A stretch of 13,183 bases of DNA, taken from Verrucomicrobiota bacterium. GTDB lineage: Bacteria > Verrucomicrobiota > Verrucomicrobiia > Limisphaerales > CANJXF01. Shown here in pieces: positions 1 to 6,543 of this stretch (positions are counted from its first letter, which is position 1; each line of letters starts with the position of its first letter). Under the pieces are notes generated by a model. The model made no database searches. It saw nothing but the letters and a program-made list of their open reading frames with translations, and was not told the DNA's origin. The DNA lies in NCBI GenBank assembly GCA_038214755.1, contig JBBQRQ010000124.1, forward strand, positions 1 through 13,183, in the 5' to 3' direction. Position numbers and translations under genes: made by a program.

Positions 1-160
1 GGTCGTGGGCGCGGGGCGCTCTTTCCCCCCCCCGTGTTTTTTCTTTCTAACGCGCGCGCCTCACCCCCCCCGCGCTCCTATCGTGGTGTGTCGTTTTGGA
101 AATCATTTGAAAAATATTCGGGCGTTCTCGCACCCGCCGGAGGCAGATGCTACCCCGGGA

Positions 161-1489
161 TTAAATAAATTTCGTTTTGCCCGGCATGGCCAGCGGAGGA
201 ACAGCCGGCGCTTTGTCCCAGACAATATCCTTTTCGTCCGGCACAAGTTTCTCCTGCGAATTGATCGCATCTTCCCAAGTGATTTCCTGACCGGTGTAGC
301 CCGCCATTCGCCCCATCACACCCATCATTGAACTATTGGCGAGCCATTCGCCATCCATGCGAGGATTGCCGTCACGGATGGATTGTAAAAACTCTCTCTG
401 CTCGACGACATACATGTTCGGCTCGTTGGTCTTGCCGTCGTATTTCCAAGTCTTTTTGTTTTCCAAATCAGTGATGTAAGGCACGCCGTTGAAAAGAAGC
501 ACGTGGGCGGTGCCTTTTGAGCCGTAGATATGCTCCGTGTTATCGCTGGCGCAACCGGGTTGCTGGCGGCAGGTCACAAAACCTTTCACGCCATTTTCCC
601 ATTCGTAGGTGACAGAGAAATGATCAAAAATATGCCCAACCAAGTTGTCGGGGCGAATCTGGCGTCCGCCCGTGGCGATACATTTCACCGGCCTTTCATT
701 GTTCATCGCCCAACTGGTCAGATCGACATTGTGAATGGCTTGCTCGACAATATGATCGCCCGACAGCCAGACAAAATGCATCCAGTTGCGCAATTGCGCT
801 TCCATCGGTCCCCAGGCGGGATTGACTTCTTTGAAGCGCGGCGCGCCAGTGAGGTAAGTCCCATAGATCGTGCGCACCGCACCGATTTCGCCGCCCAAAA
901 TTTTTTCGTACACCGCGCGTTGCGCAAGGTTGGAACGCCAGCAGAAGCCGGAACCGATTCCCAATTTTTTCCGTTTCGCTTCCGCCACCGTTTGCAGAAA
1001 CGAACGATAGCCGAATGCGTCCGTGCAAATCGGTTTTTCCGAGAAGACGTGTTTGTTCTTTTCAATCGCGTATTTGATGTGGATGGAACGGAATCCCGGC
1101 GGCGTGGCGAGAAAAACCACATCCACATCGCTGTCGATGACTTTCTTGTAGGCGTCAAAACCAACAAAACAATTTTCTTTGGGGACTTTGATGCGGTCGG
1201 AGAACTCGGTGCCGCGCAGAGCCTTCAAATGCAAATCCAATTCGTCCTGGAAAGCGTCGCCCATCGCGACCAGCACGCAGTTTTTGTCGGCGGTCATTGC
1301 TTCGCGCACGTTGCCCGAGCCGCGTCCGCCGCAACCGATCAAACCGATTTTTAAAATTTTATTTTCTTGGGCGGCCGCGCTTCTCTCTGGAAAAAGAAGC
1401 GACGATGTCAGCGCGCCGCCAATCGCTGCCGCGCTGGATGTTTTGATGAATTCGCGGCGGGAAGTTTGTTTGTCAGAAAAGTCATTCAT
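161..1489 (-). CDS. Tat-exported Gfo/Idh/MocA family NAD(P)-dependent oxidoreductase
   Basis: 442 aa. Twin-arginine signal SRREFIK followed by a hydrophobic stretch and an AxA-like site. Rossmann motif KIGLIGCGGRG, plus ATPP..R..H, EKP and GDHIVEQAIHNVD motifs typical of the family. Confidence 0.93.
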   Translation of the reverse strand: MNDFSDKQTSRREFIKTSSAAAIGGALTSSLLFPERSAAAQENKILKIGLIGCGGRGSGNVREAMTADKNCVLVAMGDAFQDELDLHLKALRGTEFSDRIKVPKENCFVGFDAYKKVIDSDVDVVFLATPPGFRSIHIKYAIEKNKHVFSEKPICTDAFGYRSFLQTVAEAKRKKLGIGSGFCWRSNLAQRAVYEKILGGEIGAVRTIYGTYLTGAPRFKEVNPAWGPMEAQLRNWMHFVWLSGDHIVEQAIHNVDLTSWAMNNERPVKCIATGGRQIRPDNLVGHIFDHFSVTYEWENGVKGFVTCRQQPGCASDNTEHIYGSKGTAHVLLFNGVPYITDLENKKTWKYDGKTNEPNMYVVEQREFLQSIRDGNPRMDGEWLANSSMMGVMGRMAGYTGQEITWEDAINSQEKLVPDEKDIVWDKAPAVPPLAMPGKTKFI

Positions 1490-1510
1490 AATTTTTTGGT
1501 TTGAGGCGAA

Positions 1511-1540
1511 AGTTTATTCATCGTGAGGAATCAGCGTCAA
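1511..1540 (-). promoter_or_regulatory. Putative sigma70 promoter of the oxidoreductase gene
   Basis: Minus strand reads TTGACG (1540-1535), 18 nt spacer, TAAACT (1516-1511), ending 21 nt upstream of the ATG at 1489. Confidence 0.6.
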
Positions 1541-1562
1541 GAGAAGAGGACAACAGCGGTGG

Positions 1563-1682
1563 TGGACTGCGGGGACATGTCCCCGCTTTGGCTGCATGGT
1601 GCAAAAGCCGGGAAGGTTCATTTTGAGCACTTTCTCCATCGCGTAACGTGCAGGAAAAGCGGCGTCATGCCGCCGCAGTCCA
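1563..1682. repeat. REP-like inverted doublet, family A (TGGACTGCGG...CCGCTTT)
   Basis: 1563-1589 tggactgcggggacatgtccccgcttt and 1656-1682 (reverse complement tggactgcggcggcatgacgccgcttt) match at 23/27. Each unit is itself a hairpin; 1569-1586 is a perfect 18-bp palindrome. Confidence 0.85.
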
Positions 1683-1743
1683 AGGAAAGCAATCCAGCCT
1701 CACCCGGTTTCGATGATACCCGTGTGATTTCAAGTGGCAGTCA

Positions 1744-1875
1744 CGTAGCGCAGGTTTCCAACCTGCCGTATCGCCGATTTCCAATCGGCAGGATGTCACC
1801 ACTCCGAGATCCGCGGCATGAGACGCGACGCAGGCTGAAGCGCTGCGATACCGCAGATTGGAAATCTGCGCTACG
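1744..1875. repeat. GTAG-type REP-like inverted doublet, family B, with two hairpins per arm
   Basis: Left arm cGTAGcgcaggtttccaacctgccgtatcgccgatttccaatcggc. Right arm reverse complement cGTAGcgcagatttccaatctgcggtatcgcagcgcttcagcctgc. Stem changes are compensatory around a constant TTTCCAA loop. Confidence 0.88.
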
Positions 1876-2160
1876 ACCCCTTTTGGATTTCCTCCCTTTT
1901 GATTTTAGCCACTCCATCGTCCGGTGAATTTAAAATCACTTCGGAGGGGAGTTCACTTTTGACAAGGGCCGCCTGACTTCCGCCGTTTTTCATGGTGGCG
2001 AAAATATTTCAAAGGCCGCGCTTTAGTTTTTCCACAAAACGTTGCTCAGAAAATTCTCCAGCAACATCGATCAAATCGAGTTTCAATTCCCGCGCGATTT
2101 TTCCGCTTGAATCACCCACTCTTACGTTTCTGGCGAACTGAAAATTTATTTCCCGAGGCG
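1871..2160 (-). pseudogene. Decayed 3' remnant of a paralog of the PVC-type heme-binding CxxCH protein gene (3077-6427)
   Basis: Three collinear minus-strand blocks match the neighbour's C-terminus: ASGNKFSVRQ (2159-2130) vs ATETNLSIRQ; GKIARELKLDLIDVAGEFSEQRFVEKLKR (2104-2018), 17/29 identical; NIFATMKNGGSQAALVKSELPSEVILNSPDDGVAKIKREEIQK (2008-1880), 24/43 identical. There is a frameshift between blocks 1 and 2, an in-frame TGA at 2011-2009, and a final TAG at 1873-1871 supplied by the REP. Confidence 0.9.
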
Positions 2161-2165
2161 GAACT

Positions 2166-2975
2166 TCACGAATTGGTAATTACATTCGGAGGCTTGTAGA
2201 ACATAACCCAAGTGCCGGTCAGCGATCCGAGATCGATGCTCGCGCGCGCATTGGATACTCTGAAAGATCGCCACTCCACATGGCCGTCTTCATAGAGAAA
2301 GTTGGCTCCTTCCGCAGCGCCACTTTTATCGCGATGACTCGCCGTCCAAATTGATTTTCCATTGAACAGAACTGTCCAGGCCAGGCTGCCGCTGTTCCCA
2401 TTTGTATTCCATGAACCCACCGCCTGCAAACGGTCTGACATAACGGGCGCGTTGCGAAATGTTCCACCCAGTTTTTTGCGAAAGTGCCACTCCGCGATCC
2501 CGCCTGCTGTATAATCCCAGGTGTTCCCGGAATTATTTACCCGGCTTGGTAAAGAAAAATATCCGATCAGTTGAGGGGAAGTGTCCGAGACCATCGCGGC
2601 TTCGGCAACCCGGTGCCAATCGTCCGTCGGGCAATACAAGACATCATTTCTCGCGCGCTCGCTCGCCGCCGTGCTACGACGATTGGGAAACAAATAAGAT
2701 TTGTAAAATTCGTTTAGACTCGGCGACATCCAACTCAAATCATGTCCGCCCGAATTGTCCGGGAAAAAATTTCGGTTATCGCCGGCATACATGGTTATGG
2801 CGACGCCCCATTGCTTGAGATTGCTGGTACATTGGGCTTTAACCGCCTTGGACTTGGCCTTGGCCAGCGCGGGCAAAAGCAGCCCGGCTAAAATGGCGAT
2901 GATGGCAATGACCACCAATAATTCAATCAAAGTGAACGCCCAAAAAATGGATGCTCGGTCTTTGTCGGTTTTCAT
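2166..2975 (-). CDS. Prepilin-type N-terminal cleavage/methylation domain protein with C-terminal H-X9-DG-like motif (PVC pilin-like / DUF1559-like)
   Basis: 269 aa. [30 protein letters not shown]-methylation motif, C.SNLKQ.G.A..MY..DN segment, LYCP motif, and C-terminal SH...[13 protein letters not shown]. Confidence 0.92.
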   Translation of the reverse strand: MKTDKDRASIFWAFTLIELLVVIAIIAILAGLLLPALAKAKSKAVKAQCTSNLKQWGVAITMYAGDNRNFFPDNSGGHDLSWMSPSLNEFYKSYLFPNRRSTAASERARNDVLYCPTDDWHRVAEAAMVSDTSPQLIGYFSLPSRVNNSGNTWDYTAGGIAEWHFRKKLGGTFRNAPVMSDRLQAVGSWNTNGNSGSLAWTVLFNGKSIWTASHRDKSGAAEGANFLYEDGHVEWRSFRVSNARASIDLGSLTGTWVMFYKPPNVITNS

Positions 2976-3076
2976 GAAGATTTGGGATTGCCTGAGATTG
3001 GCGGGTGGAAAATTTTAGTCCATAAATTTTTCGCCTGATTCGGCCAAACTAACAGGGACTCTTTTCTTTTCGTGAA

Positions 3077-6000
3077 TTATTTTAGGGCCGACAAATATTC
3101 GATGAGATCGCGCAATTCAAATTTCGTCAGCAGAGTTCCCATTCCTTCCGGCATCGACGATAAACCACGTTCCCGTTTTGCGATTTCCTCTTTTTTGATT
3201 TTCACGATCCCGTCTTCCGGCGAATTCAAAACCAATTCATTTTTGTCTTCGCTTTTGACGACGCCGGCTGCCGCAGTTCCATTTCTTAACGTCACCACAA
3301 TATTCTCGAAACCCGGCGCAATCTGTTTGTTTGGCTCGACGATTGATTCCAAAAAATACTCACGCGATTGTCTCGTCGCGCTGCCGCCCAATGCTGGGCC
3401 GACATTTCCGCCAACGCCTTTGATGGCGTGGCAGCGGAGACAGGCAACATCTTCGCGTTGATAAAAAATTTTCGCGCCGCGCTCCGCATTACCGCCGACG
3501 AGCGCGACGCGAAATTCCGCCAGCGAATCATTTTTGGGGAAACATGTTTTGTAACGATTTAGTTTTTCCACTATTCGTCGTGCAGATGCTTTTCCAGCGG
3601 CGTTGAGCAGATCGAGGTGCAATTCCGGTGGGATTTTCCCGGCGAGCAACAAATCCAGTTGTCGATTTAAAACCTCTGTTGCGGCGTTGTTCGTCAAATT
3701 TCCGAGCGTGGCGAAAACGGTTTGGCGAATGGACAAGTTGGTTTCCGTCGCGAGCAACTTTTCGAGGAGCGCAGGGGATTTTTCAGGGTGAAGAAGACCG
3801 ACCGATTTAATTCCTTCGCGGCGCAATTCGAGACTGTCGTCGGCCAGCGCCATTTCCACCGCTTGAGCAAGCGCGCTGGACTTGAAATCGGCCAGCGCCT
3901 GCAAAATTTCCTCACGCACGGAAGCGGAGCGTGACGTTTTAAAAATTTCCACCAGCGCCGATTCGTTTGACTTTAATTTTCGGGCGCAACGAATCGCCGC
4001 AAGTAGAACTTTTTCGGAATCAGTTTTGAAAAGTTCGTTGGCGACGGAATGAAACGCATTTTGCGCGACGGCAATTTCCCGCTTGGGCAACGGACGCCAC
4101 AGCCCCATCACGCGATCAAGCTGGCTCGGATTTTCCCAATCGGAAAGAGCGTCGAGCGCTTCGACGCGCATGGATTCCAGCGCATCGGTGTTTGCGGCGA
4201 AATTCGCCAGCGCGACGGCATTTGAATTTTGTCCAAGGCGGAAGTTGGCGTTGATGGCGCGAGAAAGTAGAACAGGCGTCTCGCCTGTTCGGGGCAGGCG
4301 CGACGCCTGCCCTACTTTGGCGGCAAGCTCCTGCATGGCGTCGTTGATCGGAACATCGTTGATCGCGCGCGCGGCTTCGATGACCAACCTCGGCACTGCA
4401 TCATTTAAGAATTGAGAAATCTCCGGTCGTGCCATGCGGCGCATTGAGAGCAACGCGGCGCGGCGGATGGAAACATTTTCATTTTTCGCCGCGGCTTGAA
4501 TCGCCTCAAAATCTCCGATTTTCACCAAAGCCCAAACTCCGGCGTGAACGAGGTACGGGTCAACGTCGGCGTTTTTGCGAAGCATTTTGAGAAGCGGTGA
4601 AATGGCTTCGGAATTTTTCCATTTGCCCAGAGTCATTGCGGCGAAAAACTGCACACGCGGGCTGGCGTGTTCCAAGAATCTGCTGAAGGATCGAATCGGC
4701 CATCGGGTGTCCCAGTTGCCCATTGCGCGAGCCAGTTGCGCGAGAGTTTCCGGATCATTCTTTCCCAGGAGTGGAAGAAATGTTTCGAGAGCGGCTGGAT
4801 ATTTGGCTCCAATTTGTCCCAATCCCCAAATGGCATGGAGCCGCGCAGATGCGCGCTTCTCCGAGGTTGCCGTTCGGAAGAGAGAGTCGATTTCTTGGGT
4901 TGAACGGGCGGGAAAACCGCCTTGTTTGATCGAAAGCATGGCACGGTTCACCAATTCAAACTGCGCCTCCATTCTCACGCGCATGTCGGCGTGGCCAAAT
5001 AGGTTTATCAGTTCGTCCACTGAGCGTTTCCCCATTCCGTCGGCCAAAAGTTTTTTTACTTCGACCAACGCCGGATTTTCTTTTTGCGCCGGATCGAACA
5101 CGCGAAAAATTTTTCCGCCCTCCGGCATGGAATAACTTTGCCCCCAATCTGAAACATACGTTGCGCCATCTGGCCCGAATTTCACGTCCGTCGCGCCGAG
5201 GTTCCAAAGAAATTTTTCTTTCTCAATCACTTCGTAACTCGCGCCTTTTGGTTTTATCGCGAATGACCAAACGCCTTTTGGAAAATCACAAACGAGAAAA
5301 TGATTTTGATATTTTTCGGGCAAACCGGTTCCCGGATAAAACGCCAGACCCGACGGCCCTTGCGCCACTTCGCCAGAGTGGGGGAGCGTGCCGTCGATGC
5401 CGCCGAGCCAATTATTTTCCCGCACCCACGGGCCGTAATCTTCCATGAATTGATACGAGGCGCGCCAGCCGTAATCGCCGCCCTCGACGAGGTAAAGCAC
5501 GCGCGATTTGTCCTCGCCGGCCGTGTCGTTGTCGTCGGTGAAAAGATTTCCGTATTGGTCGAAAGCGAGTCCTTGCGGATTGCGCAAGCCGGTGCAAAAC
5601 AGTTCCAGATCAGAGCCGTCTGGATTGCAGCGCAACACGCCGCCGGTGTCGGGAGAATTTAAAAACCTTCCTTCTTTGGTGTGAACGGAAAACCCACGGT
5701 CGCCGCTGCTGAAATAAATTTTCCCATCCGGCCCCATGACGAGTCCGTGCAGATCATGTCCGCTGACGCCGATGTGAACGCCGAAGCCCGTCGCTAATTT
5801 ACGATTTACGATTTTCGATTTACGATTCGCGAAACCAGTTTCGTCCAATCGCGGTGTTTGATTGGTCAATCGTAAATCCCCAATCGTAAATTTCCAAAGA
5901 TCAGGAATGCAAGTGAACCAGACTTCGCCGTGTCGCGCGAGAATCCCGGCGGCGGTTCCTGAGACATTTTGATTAAACCCATCCGCGAAAACAGAGGAAG

Positions 6001-6427
6001 TTTCAGCGCGTCCATCCCCATCGCGATCTTCGACCAGGCGGATGAGTTCAGAATCTTTGGTCAAAAAATTTAAATTGGTGGCGAACGGCTTTTGCAGAAA
6101 CGCGGCGCGATCTTCGACTTTGCGAAAGGACAAATCGTTGAGCAACCAGTTCGTCTCTCGCGTGATGTCGAAAATGGAATCCTTGTAGCGATGCGTTTCA
6201 GAAATAAAAAAACGTCCGCGCTCGTCGATGCTGAAGGCGACGGGATTTTGCAGCAGCGGTTCACCGGCGAAAAGTTCGACCGAAAGGCCGGGAGCGACCT
6301 GAAGTTTTTTTGCGCTGAGTTGGGCCGCATTGGTTGGGCCGTGTTGCGCTAAGATTTGTGGAACCCAAAGTAACGAGCCGAAGATCACAACGGCAAAAAG
6401 TGCCGAAAACAATTTAAATTGTCGCAT
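3077..6427 (-). CDS. PVC-type heme-binding CxxCH protein (signal peptide, putative dehydrogenase beta-propeller, HEAT repeats, C-terminal cytochrome c domain)
   Basis: 1116 aa. N-terminal signal peptide; PGLSVELFAGEPLLQNPVAFSIDERGR, EDRDGDGRA, GHDLHGLVMGPDG and GLRNPQ propeller motifs; HEAT-like helical repeats; GNAERGAKIF...CLRCH (3442-3428)...VGPAL...ESIVEPN...SSMPEG...DLIEYL. Confidence 0.93.
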   Translation of the reverse strand: MRQFKLFSALFAVVIFGSLLWVPQILAQHGPTNAAQLSAKKLQVAPGLSVELFAGEPLLQNPVAFSIDERGRFFISETHRYKDSIFDITRETNWLLNDLSFRKVEDRAAFLQKPFATNLNFLTKDSELIRLVEDRDGDGRAETSSVFADGFNQNVSGTAAGILARHGEVWFTCIPDLWKFTIGDLRLTNQTPRLDETGFANRKSKIVNRKLATGFGVHIGVSGHDLHGLVMGPDGKIYFSSGDRGFSVHTKEGRFLNSPDTGGVLRCNPDGSDLELFCTGLRNPQGLAFDQYGNLFTDDNDTAGEDKSRVLYLVEGGDYGWRASYQFMEDYGPWVRENNWLGGIDGTLPHSGEVAQGPSGLAFYPGTGLPEKYQNHFLVCDFPKGVWSFAIKPKGASYEVIEKEKFLWNLGATDVKFGPDGATYVSDWGQSYSMPEGGKIFRVFDPAQKENPALVEVKKLLADGMGKRSVDELINLFGHADMRVRMEAQFELVNRAMLSIKQGGFPARSTQEIDSLFRTATSEKRASARLHAIWGLGQIGAKYPAALETFLPLLGKNDPETLAQLARAMGNWDTRWPIRSFSRFLEHASPRVQFFAAMTLGKWKNSEAISPLLKMLRKNADVDPYLVHAGVWALVKIGDFEAIQAAAKNENVSIRRAALLSMRRMARPEISQFLNDAVPRLVIEAARAINDVPINDAMQELAAKVGQASRLPRTGETPVLLSRAINANFRLGQNSNAVALANFAANTDALESMRVEALDALSDWENPSQLDRVMGLWRPLPKREIAVAQNAFHSVANELFKTDSEKVLLAAIRCARKLKSNESALVEIFKTSRSASVREEILQALADFKSSALAQAVEMALADDSLELRREGIKSVGLLHPEKSPALLEKLLATETNLSIRQTVFATLGNLTNNAATEVLNRQLDLLLAGKIPPELHLDLLNAAGKASARRIVEKLNRYKTCFPKNDSLAEFRVALVGGNAERGAKIFYQREDVACLRCHAIKGVGGNVGPALGGSATRQSREYFLESIVEPNKQIAPGFENIVVTLRNGTAAAGVVKSEDKNELVLNSPEDGIVKIKKEEIAKRERGLSSMPEGMGTLLTKFELRDLIEYLSALK
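4264..4318. repeat. Intragenic GTAG-type REP doublet, family C, in frame within the heme-binding protein gene
   Basis: aaaGTAGaacaggcgtctcgcctgttc (4264-4290) and 4292-4318 (reverse complement aaaGTAGggcaggcgtcgcgcctgccc) match at 22/27. Each contains a perfect 9-bp hairpin. Encodes KVGQASRLPRTGETPVLL. Confidence 0.88.
5796..5892. repeat. Intragenic inverted heptamer-repeat element (ATTTACG)n...(AATCGTA)n, in frame within the heme-binding protein gene
   Basis: Four ATTT(A/T)CG units at 5797-5824. Inverted units AATCGTA-AATCCCC-AATCGTA at 5868-5888. Perfect 11-bp terminal inverted repeat aatttacgatt (5796-5806 / 5882-5892). Encodes FTIGDLRLTNQTPRLDETGFANRKSKIVNRK. Confidence 0.85.
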
Positions 6428-6435
6428 CGCTTTTC

Positions 6436-6463
6436 AGAGTAACGAGACGCGATTTCCATTCAA
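6436..6463 (-). promoter_or_regulatory. Putative sigma70 promoter (near-leaderless) of the heme-binding protein gene
   Basis: TTGAAT (6463-6458), 16 nt spacer, TACTCT (6441-6436), 8 nt, ATG (6427). No Shine-Dalgarno sequence. Confidence 0.5.
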
Positions 6464-6527
6464 GCCTCCGTCCCCTTCGCGTCCGTCGCGAGACTCGGAA
6501 AAATATCGCCATCGCCCCGAAGCTCTG

Positions 6528-6536
6528 TGCTAGCTT
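6528..6536 (+). promoter_or_regulatory. Putative extended -10 promoter (leaderless) of the NirDL/AhbAB-like gene
   Basis: TGcTAGCTT (TGnTAnnnT) ends 7 nt before the ATG at 6544. No Shine-Dalgarno sequence. Confidence 0.5.
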
Positions 6537-6543
6537 TGCGCGA

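Noticed and set aside
1..160. Low-complexity C/T-run sequence and ORF 5..331
   Set aside because: Homopolymer-rich window edge, possibly low quality. The ORF is largely antisense to the oxidoreductase and has no motif.
530..1354. Long antisense ORFs (530..1354, 9609..10106, 10123..11103, 12056..12670 and similar)
   Set aside because: They are shadows of well-supported genes on the other strand and have no recognisable motifs.
1523..1927. 134-aa plus-strand ORF
   Set aside because: It is the translation of REP families A and B (DCGDMSPL, VAQVSNLPYRRFPIG, DTADWKSALR) and overlaps the pseudogene on the opposite strand.
1880..3304. DGR template/variable repeat pair (1880-2008 vs 3176-3304)
   Set aside because: Differences involve all four bases and are often synonymous rather than adenine-specific, and there is no reverse transcriptase in the window. 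A decayed paralog explains it better.
4903..4926. Possible third intragenic palindrome (ggcgg-gaaaa-ccgcc) in the AMLSIKQGGFPARSTQ loop
   Set aside because: Only a 5-bp core stem, with no GTAG/GGAG foot and no partner arm. It cannot be told from chance without an ortholog alignment.
5796..5892. CRISPR array or tRNA-like element
   Set aside because: Units are 7 nt with no spacers, and there are no tRNA D/T-loop consensus bases.
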